Below are positions 26,377-39,310 of a stretch of 64,000 nucleotides of DNA, piece by piece. Both the position numbers and the translations under genes were made by a program. The stretch is from NCBI GenBank assembly GCA_951406725.2, contig OX597831.1, positions 2,294,001 to 2,358,000 on the forward strand, given 5' to 3'. Under the pieces are notes generated by a model. The model was not told the DNA's origin, did not search any database, and saw nothing but the letters and a program-made list of their open reading frames with translations. The stretch comes from Octopus vulgaris (lineage: Eukaryota). Numbering within the stretch: position 1 is the stretch's first letter; every line of letters starts with the position of its first letter.

Positions 26377-29171
26377 TTGATATTCCAATTATTATTATTA
26401 TTATAACCTGCAATGTTAGAGTACCATGTAACCCATTAGTCTGTCAGGTTTTTGAATGAAAAAGCTCATTTAAATGCAGCTTAACTTTTGAAACTGCTTG
26501 AACCAAGTTCATAGTCTGAAGTATTAGCATAAAGTGAAAGGATGAGGGAACAGAGGAAGAACTATTAGAAGTGTGCAGAGAGAGTAGAGGAGGAGTCGAT
26601 GTTGTTACATGATTAACTGAGCACCAGTAATTTTAAAAGAATGGCATAGTAAGAAGAGTGAATAGTAGAACCAAGTAAAGAAAAGGTTTAACAGTACAGT
26701 CAAGTAAAGAGAAAAGTCAGTATTATAGCCAGAGAACGAGAAGGGTCAATGTTGTATCAAGAGAATATCAATATTGTAGTTAGATAAAAAGAATAAAACA
26801 GCATGCTCAATATTGTAGCCAGGTAAAGAGAATACCAAGACAGGTTCAATACTGAAGCCAAGTAAGAGAATGTTATGATAAGTTCTATATTTATAGCCAA
26901 GGACCATGGAGTAGAAGTAAGCTCTCAGTCAGTCTACAATTTTGTATCAATGCTCAAATGTATTTCACTTCATCTACATCACTAATGGCATTATAAATCT
27001 ATATAAGAAATCAATATCAAACTCTAACAAATATCCACAACTGGTATGTTGTCACAGATAGTAGTTACATCACGAAGTACTTGGTTATGCTCAATATATA
27101 TTTTACTTTAACAGAAGCACTATGGTACAAGTAATACTATAGTATAATACTATAATCTTATAAAGACACTACATTGGGTAACAGGATACAAACAATACTA
27201 CACCTATGATTTATAGTGATATATCTAATACTAAGGCTTCATATAGAGATTACTACAGTATATACTCTGCACAACAATTTGTGTAAGATATAAGACAGAA
27301 AGAGATATTGAACGAAGCTGCTACTGCAGCCTTCTATGTATTGTTTGTGATTAAGAATGTAAATATATTATCAGCTTTATTTTAAAAAATTAGGAAAGCA
27401 ATTTAATGTCAGAGGAAATAAACAGAGATGAAGTTAAATTTTAACTAGAAATTTCTATTGACACAGCGAAGTGGTTTTTAATGCAGGATCAATACAAAGA
27501 AGAAAAAAAAACTATCTGAATTACCTCAGATGCACTGAATAAACAGCTATAATTAACTGGGCTACTTCAATTTGTTGGATAAACAACTCAAAATATTTAA
27601 AAATATAACAATTTCATTGGATAAACAACTTCAAATTATCCAGACTGCCACAATATTTTTTTGAATCACAAGATTCCATAGTTCTGATGCTTGTTTACAT
27701 TTTCCACAGCATTAAATGCATGAGAGATCAATCTCTTCTGGGACTGGTTGCTAGTCTACTGTAAGTAGCTTTCTCTACAGGAGAAATGGAACTTAATACT
27801 GCAGGTCAATGAAATACTCATCATAACAGTGCCATTGTTACTGACTGAATAATTATTCTATTTAGGGTGCCAATCTAGTGTTTAGTGGACTTGGCTATTG
27901 AATGGATAAGGCCTCCCAGTCCCCTACAATGAGTTTCTGAAGCCCTTTGGTTCAGTCATCCAAGCTCATTCAAATTATTGATAGATTCAGTATCATTGAC
28001 TAAACAATGTATAGTGAAGAACCCATAGTCTGAAGATTCTTTTAAGATTTCCTAATATAACCAAAAAAGAATACAAATGAGGTTCTTGAAAAGAAATCCT
28101 TATAACTCTAACTACGGATACATTGAAAGACTTGCCATGAAAACATTCAGTTCACATAACTGAAGTATTTCACTTTGCTGCAGCAACTGGCTGTTTCATA
28201 AATTTGTTGTTTGTGAAATTCAACTGAAGTAGAATTGAAACATTTGAAATAACAAGCATTAAAAATGTAACTATAAAGTAACATTGAAACCATTGTAAGT
28301 TTTCTAACTAGCTTCCAGCCTTGAGCTGTGGCCATGATGGAGTATAGTTACAGTTCAAAGATTACATAGACCTCAACTTCAAGCATTTAGTACCCTTGGA
28401 AGGGTGAAAAGTAAAGCAGGCCAAGGTGGGGTTTGAACTCAGAATATAAAATGGTATAATAAAAAATCACAAGGATTTTGTTCACACACATACACACACA
28501 CACACAATGAAAGTAATAAAGTTAAGGAAAAATAAAGGGTCTTGATTGAACAACATATGGAGTAGCCCAACCCACAATGGCAGGATTATGAATGCTCTTA
28601 AGATCAAAGATCAAACAATATGAAGGACATTCATTGACAATATGTTGCCAATGAAAATCACTTCTAGTTTGGTTAGTTTTACTTTTTTTCTTCCTTGTTA
28701 TTAGAAATAAGTCAAATTTTAAAACTGCTGATAGTAAAAAGAAACAGTAAACAAATAATAATAAGAATAACTGCAAAACAAGAACCACAATGCTAACAAG
28801 AACAACAAGCTGGACTGTTAGACAGCAACACACCTGACCATCATTGAGCAGAATTTATAGAAGTGTGTAATTATACCAGCACTACTCCTACTAGCTATGT
28901 CTAGTTGTGTTATTATTGTAATTGCAAAATAGTTCTAAGAATATGTAGATGTATAAAGAGAACCGGATGACTGATTTGTAGAGGAATGGGGGAACATTTC
29001 TGGCATGTTGTGTTTAGGCAGAGAAACTAGGCAGTTAAGTTTGTTATGATGATCAGGGTTTTAGTAACTGTCACAGGATTAAAGAAAATAGAACAAATAG
29101 CAACATGCAAGTCATAATTGGTTGCGATAACTGTTGTTGCTAGCTGACGGACAGAAAGGTTTTCAGTTTAC

Positions 29172-29204
29172 CTCCTCAGGGTCTTCATCAGGATCGATGT
29201 ACTC
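29172..29204 (-). CDS. 33-nt microexon, phase 0-0, EYIDPDEDPEE
   Basis: Acceptor ttttatttctggtgagtttcag| and donor GAG|gtaaac. Acidic peptide in a GC-richer island; joins the 222-nt exon in frame. Confidence 0.8.
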
Positions 29205-29299
29205 CTGAAACTCACCAGAAATAAAACTTCTCAATGCGTGTATGTGAGTGTGTGTATGTAGGCAGATATAGATGTAGAAAGAAATGGAGTGATATATAC

Positions 29300-29356
<57 letters not shown>

Positions 29357-30197
29357 AGAGAGAAGAGTACTGATTTATTTAGACTGGAGGAAAAGTCAGA
29401 ATCATGATTTTCAGATTAAAATATTCACAAAAATGAAAGTTCTAGATTTCTTCACTGTTGTCTCTGAAATCAAGAAAATTAAGAGGAGGGAGATGAGGAA
29501 TAAAGAAAAACACACTTTAAATCTACATAAGTTTTCTAAAAAAAAAATTTTTTTAATAGGCAATTCCAGAAATAATCTAAATTCTACAGAAAAAAACAGG
29601 AGCAGGAAGATAAAGTTAATGGTTAGTGAAACTTAAACTAAACTACATTTCACAAAAATTAAAAGTCCAAATACTGCAAGAGAAAACTCGATTTAAGGTG
29701 ATATTATATTATCATAAATTGATCAAACAGTTTAAAAACCAATGGCAAATGACACACAATAAACTATCTTATAATCTCTAGTTGCAGGCTCGTTGACATA
29801 AGAAAATACAAAGAAAACAAAATGTTATAAGAAATGAAAAACTCATTAGGTTTCAATATCATTTGGAAAATTTATTCTTTCATTAAAATTTTTTTTTTTT
29901 TGTGTGTGATAAAAAAAAAAAAAAAATTATTTCGTGCAGTATTCTAATTATATCTCTGAGTATGTTATTTATATTTTTGCAGTTATCTATGTATTAAAAT
30001 AAACCTCTTTAATGAGGTGTAATCATTGTTAATCTAGTGTATAATGCTAATTACATTGCTATTTGCAATTTTGCAATAATAATCAGATATAGCTCTGTAA
30101 CTGAGGAACTAATTGCAGTGTAAGATAGATTGCAGAAACATGCTTTAAAAATTCTACAGTTCAATTATACAGTCACTGTATTACATACACATCTCCA

Positions 30198-30248
<51 letters not shown>

Positions 30249-30251
<3 letters not shown>

Positions 30252-30817
30252 TCATTTAATGTCTGCTTTCCATGCTAGCATGTGTTAGACAGTTTGACTG
30301 GAACTGGTAAACCAGAGAGCTGCATCAGGTTCCAATCAGATTTGACATGGTTTCTACAGCAGGATGCCTTTCCTAATGCCAATCACTCCAAGTGTGTAAT
30401 GGGTACTTTTTACGTGCCACCAGCATGCATGCTATTTACATCACTCTAGTAACAGTCACTCGCAATGGGTCACAACTATGGCTTCACTTGGCTTGAAAAG
30501 TCTTCTGAAGCATAACGGCACCAAAGGTCTCAGTCCCTTGTCATCGCTTCCATGAGGCTCAACATTTGAAGATCATGCTTCACCAGCTTGTCCACCTCTG
30601 TGAGATCCAAGATTCGAAGATCATGCTACCGGCAATGGCCACAATTACAATTTCACGGGTGCCATTTACATGACACCAGCAACAGCCATAACACTTGGCT
30701 TGATGAGTCTTCTCAGCATATCACCAAAGGTCTCAGTCACTAGTCATTGCCTCCATGAGGCCCAACATTCAAAGATCATGCTTCACCACCTCATCCTATG
30801 TCTTCCTGGGTCTACCT
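30249..30817 (-). mobile_element. 5'-truncated RTE-clade LINE 3' end with internal tandem duplication
   Basis: Reverse translation GRPRKT*DEVVKHDL*MLGLMEAMTSD*DLW resembles an RTE ORF C-terminus and is partly duplicated (about 30480-30600 and 30690-30815). It is followed by a 3' UTR (ttggcattaggaaaggcatcc..catgctagcatggaaagc) and a (GAT)n tail. Confidence 0.75.
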
Positions 30818-30981
30818 GAATTGGCCAGCTACAACTTAATTCTGGTTCTCTAACCCCCAACTAAAATTATATATTTTGTTAAATTACCTAAATCCTAATA
30901 TGATTTCAAAATTTGAGTGCCACTAATATTGCTTATGGATTTGCTAAAATAGCGCCAGATTTATAACCATCACCCCAGAAT

Positions 30982-31180
30982 CATCATCATCGTCGTTTAA
31001 CGTCCGCTTTCCATGCTAGCATGGGTGGGACGGTTCAACTGGGGTCTGGGAAGCCCGAAGGCTGCACCAGGCCAGTCAGATCTGACAGTGTTTCTACAGC
31101 TGGATGCCCTTCCTAACGCCAAAGGATGCCCTTCCTAATGCCAAGATGCCCTTCCGCCAAGATGCCCTTTCTAACGCCAA
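30982..31180 (-). mobile_element. RTE LINE 3' UTR fragment with four tandem copies of an about 20-nt unit at its truncation point
   Basis: Reverse complement of 26230-26370; gatgcccttcctaa(c/t)gccaa reiterated at 31102-31180. Confidence 0.8.
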
Positions 31181-31365
31181 GAATGGTTACAAATTTTGAT
31201 AAAAAGAAAAAAAAATGCATTTCTAATGATTTGGACAAAACACTATTAATGCTGTCTGTGAAAAAAATTTTCCGTCATTTTCAAAAATGTAGTGATGAGC
31301 AGATGAAGTCCACAGGACTGAAGATTAAAAATATCAATAATTACTGTGATGAGAATATGATTTAC

Positions 31366-31386
31366 AGCTCAGTCGTTAACATCTTA
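31366..31386 (-). CDS. Candidate 21-nt microexon (open only in phase 2-2, KMLTTE)
   Basis: Good acceptor gatttttgtttcctgtag|; weak donor GCT|gtaaat. Confidence 0.25.
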
Positions 31387-31977
31387 CTACAGGAAACAAA
31401 AATCAAAGAACATGTGAGAAAAGAACAACTCAATATTAGCTGGGATCTATATTATGTAACAAGTATTGTTAAGAGAAAGAGAATCCAAAACACACTCTTA
31501 TTAGTCTAATAATAATAACAATAATAATGATAATAATAATCATTAATAATCATAAGGATTTCTTCATTTTCATTTACTGGGCAATACTTACAGGAATACT
31601 TTCAAAATTGTTTAAAACCTGAAAAATAACTTTAGAAATTGTAATAACTAGTGACTCATTATGTATTAAACATTATGATGTCCAATTTGAGATAGAAAAA
31701 CAGCGACAGGTACACATGATAGAACTCAAACTACATAAATATTGCTCAATGGACAACATCATTACCAATTACATTATTGAATATGTGCCAGTCTCTCCTC
31801 TCAAATTAGCAATTAATACCTTTCAGGAATAGTAGAACAATTTAATAACGTAATTAACAAAAACAATAATGGTTCATGAACAAATTGTAGTTATGGTGGG
31901 GGTCGTAGGTATAGTAGTGGATGTATATATGTGTGTGTGTGTAATTCCAAAGTATACTGTGGGTAGTGAAACAAGAT

Positions 31978-32290
31978 ACCTTTTATTGCTTCAGTCATTT
32001 GACCGAGGCGATGCTGGGTACCATCTTGAAGGGTTTAGTGAAACAATTCAACCCCTGTACTTATTTTTTAAGTTTGATACTTATTCTATCAGTCTCTTTC
32101 GCTGACCTGCAAAGTTATAGAGGCATAAACAAACCTACACAACTTGTCAGGTGATGGTGGGGGGAACACACACACACACGCATACAAAGGACTCTATAAT
32201 AGAAGACATTTGGCCAAGGTTCCACAAAGTGGGACTGAACCTGAAACCACATGGAATCAAGGTGAGCTCCTTAACTACACAGCTGTGCCT
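31978..32290 (-). mobile_element. CORE-like OR-type SINE, diverged
   Basis: cagtcatttgac..agaagacatttggccaagg..gtgggactgaacctgaaacc. Confidence 0.75.
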
Positions 32291-32748
32291 GCTAATAATT
32301 ATATTATTAATCTTATGTGTTTATAAGTGTACAAAATCTTGCTGTGGAAACTATATTGGAGGTTAAAAGCTAAGTTAAAGAGAGCACAAAATTAGGAAGT
32401 GAGCTGCTAAAAGGATTGAGAATTGGACTATCATAATACTGAGTCTCCCTAGATTCTCTTTATACCAAGCATACTTTTCACATATGCATTAATATTAATT
32501 AAGAACTATATACACATCCTGTTATTTACAAAATATGGTGATGATTTGAAAAACATCAAGATTAATTATATATTTCATCACACATTCTATGGCATAACCT
32601 ATCAAGCATATATAAACATATTTAGCGTTACTGTGGTAAAGTTGTGTTGGGCTGACTCGAACAGCATCCAGCCATTACATATATCCAGAGAGAACAAAGG
32701 ATGGCAAATGTTCTAATCTCTGTGGGATTTTAAATGTGCATAACTTTA

Positions 32749-32793
<45 letters not shown>

Positions 32794-32798
<5 letters not shown>

Positions 32799-33168
32799 AA
32801 ATTTAAAGGACTGACCACTCAAAAAGTGGACGGTCAACATGCTAGATATAGACGTCAGATCGCTATTTTCCACAAAGAATATGTTCTCAAATAAAAACTC
32901 AGCACAAAGCTAAAGATTAAAAATAAGCTTATTTTTAATGCTTTGGCTTTGTGCTGAGTTTTTATTTGAGAACATATTCTTTGTGGAAAATAGCGATTTG
33001 ACGTGCACTTTTTGAGTGGAAAATAGCGATTTGACCGTGCACTTTTTGAGTGGTCAGTCCTTTAAATTTTGTATGTAAAAATATTTTAATCTTTGGATTT
33101 TTTAATATGCTGGGCCACTGGTTTTAATTGATTAATATCAATTTCTACCCTTATTAAATTTTAAATTA
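32794..33168. mobile_element. Near-perfect palindrome of about 280 bp plus unpaired tail in (TA)n; probable Penelope-like element terminal remnant
   Basis: Arms at 32794-32927 and 32928-33074, centred on aagctt, then a tail of about 95 bp. Flanked by TA/TG microsatellite. Confidence 0.6.
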
Positions 33169-33599
33169 TATATATGTGTGTGTGTGTGTGTGTGTGAGTG
33201 TGTGTGGTAGGATTAATCTGTGAAAAAGATAAGAGAAAGGATATAACACAACTTTTTGTTTTTAAAAATAGATCTGGCCTTGAGATTGTTAATTTTCAGC
33301 ATGTCCTCCATCATTAAATATACAAACAATGCTGCAATCCTGAAGTTCTAAAAATATGTCTCATAGCTCTAGGACAATGTTTAGTTGAATAAATCGTAGT
33401 CTTTCCATGAAGTCATGAAAGAATGAAGTTATTTTAATAAACAATTACTGCACAATAATAATAATACCAATTTTGAATGACACTGATAAACTAGAAACAT
33501 CAGGTTTCTAAATGTTCTCAACAGATTAATTCCATCATATACAGAACTAAAGTTATAAAAAATTAAAATTGCACTAAAACTTTATATTAATCCTGTAAA

Positions 33600-33617
33600 C
33601 ATATATATATACATATT

Positions 33618-33669
<52 letters not shown>

Positions 33670-33794
33670 TATATATATATGCAAATATGTATATATATAT
33701 ATATATATACACACACACAAAATATATACATACATTTTATATATATATATATATATATATAGTTATATAATGTGTATATTTTATGTATGTATGC

Positions 33795-33825
<31 letters not shown>

Positions 33826-33916
33826 ATGTTATATAATGTGTATATTTTATGTATGTATGCGTGTGTATATGTATATATATAATGTTATATAATGTGTATA
33901 TTTTATGTATGTATGC

Positions 33917-33965
<49 letters not shown>

Positions 33966-33980
33966 CACACACACACACTC
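33600..33980. repeat. TA/CA microsatellite with three copies of gttatataatgtgtatattttatgtatgtatgcgtgtgt
   Basis: Directly visible. Confidence 0.93.
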
Positions 33981-34268
33981 ACGCATGCTGCTCATATACA
34001 AACAATATTTATATAAGTAGAGTTTGCTTATGAGAAGCAAGAGTACTTAAGCATATGAAGAAGAAACCACTTCATATTCTACACTAAAAAGAAAAAAAAT
34101 ATGTGAACCATTGTTACTAAATACATATAAGGTTGTTATTTAAAATTCTGCAAATAACATCTGAATCTTAACAGAGAATGAAAAGTGTGTGTATTTGGTT
34201 TTTCTTTGTTCTAGCAGTAAAATGATAGATTGAGCGATCAAATTCAGACATTTTATAAGGTTTCATAC

Positions 34269-34294
34269 CGACTTGAGGTGGAAGTGCAAGGATC
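34269..34294 (-). CDS. Candidate 26-nt microexon (phase 0-2, DPCTSTSSR)
   Basis: tactatcag| ... TCG|gtatga. The polypyrimidine tract is weak and the exon shifts frame unless paired with a partner. Confidence 0.3.
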
Positions 34295-35168
34295 CTGATA
34301 GTATATATTGTTATGTGTAATGGCTAGAGATTTTTTTCCTCTACACTCAGGTCCGACACAATAACTCTCACACAATAGATGAACTGTGTTCACTTCAGAA
34401 AAGAATGGAAAAGAAATCAGCTGGTATTGTAGATGATAAGTGATGTTAAGATAGGGAGAAGTTTCATTTTGATATGTCAGGAATTTTGGTAGTGTCAACA
34501 AACGATGTGTTCATATATTTGTGGAGAAAAATAGAAGTTCAATATATGTGAACAACAACAGATTTCATCATCATTTCAAACAACTATTAGTAGGAAAAGT
34601 AAAAGTAAATCAGTAAGTTGAAATAAGGAAAAGGAAAAAAAAATTAAAACACTGCTATCTTGTTCTCATTCTCTCTCTCTCTTTCCACACACATACACAT
34701 AGATTTAAATATATAGAAAAACATTATGGATAAAATGTACGTGCATTGTTTAAATCCCAGAACATGCAGTTTTTCATCTGGGAGAGAAATCCCTTAAAAG
34801 ATGTATAGTGCTAAAAAAATAAATAATATACTTTAGAATTAGATCAAACGAAATTATATTGGAAGTGACCACATGAGCAACAGATATATATTTCAATGTA
34901 GCCATGGCTTATCATCCATACATTTATACATCATACGAGAAGGGCGGTCACTAACTTTGAAGTTTTGGTCTGCTAACCTGCATCAGGCAATCTAATTAAT
35001 GAAGGCTAACAGGATGAAACTTCGAAGGTACTGTCACTACTCTCCTTATGAAAGTATAAATATGTACTCTACAAAATGTATTGAACAATTCTACAGTTTA
35101 ATGTATAATTGTTTTTATTGTAACTTGTCATAAAAACAAACATATATATATACGTGTGTGTGTGTAAA

Positions 35169-36484
35169 CAGTGTCCACAGAGTCTTAGGACAATTTCAAA
35201 AAGTCATGAAAAACTTAGGAGGGGTGGCAGATAAATTTTTGTTGCATATTAATATGTTATTGTTAAAGTTTTTAATGACATTAAAGGTTTTTCTAATTTT
35301 ATGCTTTTATGTTTCAGATTACAATTAATGTTTTTATGTCTCAGAAAATGACAACTCCACAATAAAAGGCACAAGATTGTGCCTTGGTTTATTGAAGCAA
35401 AGTCAGATATACAAACATGAAGAAATTACACAGCTAAATATGGAAAACAAGCTCCATCATGTCAATTGATTCACAACTGGCATAAGCAATTTATGGAAAT
35501 GGGGATAGTGCTACATAAATTGAGGACTGGAATACCAAGAACATCTGAAGAAGATATTGAGCATATCCATCAGTCAATGTTCCCCATCTGAGTCCATCCA
35601 TATTGCTTCTGCTCAACTGCAACTATTGAGATTAACAATTCATAAAGTGCTCCATAAGAATCTGAGGCATTATGCATATAAAATTGAATTATTGGAAACA
35701 GTTAGGGTAAATGACAAACCACAACAGAAAGAATTTACTGTTACAATCCTGCAAAAAAAAAATCACAGAAGATGATTTCTTTATCTTTGATCACGTTTGC
35801 TTTACAGATGAAGCATTCTTCCATGTCTTTGAAAAACTTAAGAAGCATAATGCAAGAATTTGAGGATTGGAAAATCCCTACATTGCTAGGGAAATTAAAT
35901 GTGACAGTCAGAAGGTCAATGTGTGGCACAGGATTTTGTGCAACAAAGCTATTGGTCCATTTTGCTTTTTGGAAAAGACAACAACAGCTGATATTTACCT
36001 TGATGTTCTAAAAGAATACATTGTGCCACGTCATCTTTCAGTAAGATGGAACATTGCCTCGTTGGGGAATAAATGTTGGTGGTTTCTTAAACGAAAGGTT
36101 TCCAAATCGCTGGATAGGACGAGGTGACCTGATTCCTTGGCCTTCTCATTCCCCAGATATAATACTCCTGAGCTATTTATTTTGTGAGGTCATACAAAAG
36201 ATATCGTGTACCACACTAAAGTAAAGGACTTGGATGACTATAAGCAAAGAATAACTGCCACCATTGTGTCTATTGACAAAGGTATATTACAAAGGACATG
36301 GACAAAAATTGAATATCGCTTAGATGTCCTTCATGTGATGAAAGGGACCTGTATAGAAATTTATTAACTATTTGTGTATAAACTTCACTATTTAATTCAT
36401 ACTATGTAAACATTTCCACAGTATCCAGTTTCTGTTGTAACTTTAATAAATTCTTCCATTTGTCTAAAGACTTTGTGGACACTT
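35169..36484 (+). mobile_element. Decayed full-length Tc1/mariner-superfamily DNA transposon, DD41D (rosa/Visitor-type)
   Basis: TIRs of about 25 bp: cagtgtccacagagtcttaggacaa (35169-35193) and ttgtctaaagactttgtggacactt (36460-36484). Embedded in CA/TA microsatellite and enclosing a transposase pseudogene. Confidence 0.9.
35348..36366 (+). pseudogene. Transposase pseudogene (DUF4817-like HTH plus DDD domain) with several stops and frameshifts
   Basis: Recognisable motifs across frames: MTTPQ*KAQ..WFIEAKSD..KYGKQAPS..WHKQFME.G; TDEAFFH; ENP..DSQKVNVW..IGPFCF; FQ*DG..W..FLNERFPNRWIGRG..WPSHSPD; RTWTKIEYRLDVL. There are 41 residues from the second D to the mutated third D position. Confidence 0.9.
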
Positions 36485-36485
36485 T

Positions 36486-36512
<27 letters not shown>

Positions 36513-36516
<4 letters not shown>

Positions 36517-36678
36517 CATATAAAAGTAAATAAATGGCACAACGAAGCACCGATATTTACTGGAAAATAGCGAACGTAATATCGGTGCTTCGTTGTGCCA
36601 TTTATTTACTTTTATATGTATAATTTTACCCTCACGGGCTATCTTTTATTGGAAAGCAATACTCTAGTATTGCATTAC

Positions 36679-36684
<6 letters not shown>
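36513..36684. mobile_element. Hairpin with stem of about 45 bp plus tail in (TA)n; probable Penelope-like remnant
   Basis: tatacatataaaagtaaataaatggcacaacgaagcaccgatat pairs with atatcggtgcttcgttgtgccatttatttacttttatatgtata; loop of about 20 nt. Confidence 0.55.
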
Positions 36685-36722
<38 letters not shown>

Positions 36723-37566
36723 GTGTGTGTGTGTGTGTGTGTATATACACATACACACATGCATATATGTATGTCTACATTTATATATATGTGTGTATGT
36801 ATGTATATGTTTGTTTTATACTCACACACTACTGAATGATTAAGTAATTTCAAAATAATGTTCTAATATATATAGTGGAAGGTATGTTAAAAACAATTAA
36901 AGGTGAGCTGGGGTGTGGTAAGAGAAACAAACACAAAAAGACACAAAACTAATGTACATCTTCATTAGCTGAGAAGTAATTACTAACATGTTGAAACTTT
37001 GGATGGCTTCAGTTAAAAAAAAAATCAGTTTAAACTCAGAATATTAAGAAACAAGTGGCATTTTGTAAAGAAATCAGCAATAGAACTGATCCCAAAAGTT
37101 TTCAGTTCAAGCCCAGCTTTAGCTATATCCCTCAGAAAAGTACACTACTTGCAACATGCCACCCACTTTAATACTGCCATCTGGTTTTTGGGTACTTTTA
37201 GCAGAGTTTTACTCCACTGTAAACATTTGTATTAGAACTTTGGTTACAGCTTTATTCATGATTGTGATTCTAACATTGACCAACAGATGTGTAAACTGGG
37301 CCTCAGCTGTACCAATGCCACCAGCCTGGGAGGACCTGAAAAGGCCACAGGCACTACCCCATCTCCTTTGATTAAACACATAAAACAAAAACCAAATTAA
37401 GTTGAATAAATTACACTGTTTAGAAAAGGTAGTTGGATATTGGAAAAGTTCACCATAAATTCTTAAAATTGCAATAAGTTCACCAAATGGAGAGACATTG
37501 ACAATGTGAACATTGTGGTGATGGTGACCATGATACAATACAATACATGGTATAATAAAAAAGAGG

Positions 37567-37928
37567 GGAGGCGCAATGGCCCAGTGGTTAGGGCAGCGGA
37601 CTTGCGGTCATAGGATCGCGGTTTCGATTCCCAGACCGGGCGTTGTGAGTGTTTATTGAGCGAAAACACCTAAAGCTGCACGAGGCTCCGGCAGGGCGTG
37701 GTGGCGAACCCTGCTGTACTCTTTCACCACAACTTTCTCTCACTCTTACTTCCTGTTTCTGGTGTACCTGTATTTCAAAGGGCCGGCCTTGTCACTCTGT
37801 GTCACGCTGAATATCCCCGAGAACTACGTTAAGTGCTCAGCCACTTACACGTTAATTTCACGAGCAGGCTGTTCCGTTGATTTGGATCAACCAGAACCCT
37901 CGTCGTCGTAACCGACGGAGTGCTTCCA
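37567..37928 (+). mobile_element. Young tRNA-derived SINE with 13-bp target-site duplication
   Basis: Head ggaggcgcaatggcccagtggttaggg (A box) and ggtttcgattccc (B box). TSD ataataaaaaaga on both sides; near-identical to 59172-59555. Confidence 0.92.
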
Positions 37929-38760
37929 TCCATCCATAATAAAAAAGAATTAGGAAATAAGGAGAAATTTTAGAACTATCTCCTTCTTTCTCTCCTGCTC
38001 TCTCCTTTCTTTTTTTCTTCCTCTTCTCTCTCTCTCAGAAAAGAGAACAAATAAATCAGCTGTTACTCATTGACAAAACATCATCAATTTAATGTTCATC
38101 TACTAATTCTGTCATAGACTGGTCAGATGTACAATAACATCCTTCCTTGAATTTTCCCTTAAAGAGATATCTGTGAAGATTCAAAGTTCTCATATTTAAC
38201 CCAACTATTTCCTAGTCTCCGATGGTCTATAGCTGTCATAGAGACACTCCCCTACTGAAACACAGCACTTCTTCACATTTCGTAATAGAGTTCCATATAC
38301 TTGATTCCTTCTCTGTTTTGAATATATTTCTAATAGCAAACTTATTAAAGATAACTTGATCAACAAATCTGCCAACATTAATATAATTATTTAACATTCT
38401 GCTTCAGCTGTCTTTTATAAAGCTAAGTGACAGAAAACTCAAAGGTGGTGGTGGGGGCTCTTAAAACTGTTTATGTAATAACATACACCACCTGAAGATG
38501 TTAAGAAAATATACAGATGACATCTAATGTTAGACATACAAAAACACGAGTTAATACTATTCTAGCAATAACGCACTTCCAAAATATACATTATGTAACA
38601 TACATATGTTTGTGTTTGGATATGTAAGTATGACATCACAAGTTTACAAAGAGTGTAAACACAAATGTGTACAAACACAAGATTATACTATTCTGTAAAT
38701 CAAAACCAAATTCCAGACAGACATACAGCACACCACACACATATATATATATTTATTTAT

Positions 38761-38880
38761 TTATTAAGGAATATGCCTTGAGGTATACCATATATATGCT
38801 TTACATGTACTATATACACATATATATATATATTTTATTAGGGAGTATGCCTTGAGGCATACCATATATATGCTTTACAT

Positions 38881-38931
<51 letters not shown>

Positions 38932-38934
38932 TAT

Positions 38935-38965
<31 letters not shown>

Positions 38966-39158
38966 TAGGGAGTGTGCCTTGAGGCATACCACATATATGC
39001 TTTATATATATATATATATATATATATGTATTTGGAAGTATGCCTTGAGGCATACCACATATATGCTTTACATGTACTATATATATATATATATATATAT
39101 ATAACACATTAGGGAGTATACTCTGAATCATACCATATGTATGCTTTACATGTACTAT
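38761..39158. repeat. Five copies of an about 50-bp unit containing a palindrome, separated by variable (TA)n
   Basis: ttagggagtatgccttgaggcataccatatatatgctttacatgtac at about 38761, 38836, 38963, 39030 and 39108. Confidence 0.9.
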
Positions 39159-39286
39159 AAATATATATACACACACACACACACAATGCATTTATATCAC
39201 ATATGTACACCTACAAATGTAGACAGAAGAGTAGTAGACTGTTCTAAGGAAGAAAAACGGAACACTCTGAAGACAGAATAATTTAC

Positions 39287-39310
39287 CTGCTCTCTGTACA
39301 ATACATAATC
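39287..39310 (-). CDS. 24-nt microexon, phase 0-0, DYVLYREQ
   Basis: A long U tract, then ttttgacag|, and donor CAG|gtaaat. Length is a multiple of 3 and the frame is open. Confidence 0.7.

Noticed and set aside
37567-37640. tRNA gene (also at 59172)
   Set aside because: The A/B-box head continues into a 360-380-bp SINE body flanked by target-site duplications.
38761-39158. CRISPR array
   Set aside because: The spacers are simple (TA)n, there are no cas genes, and the context is a eukaryotic intron.
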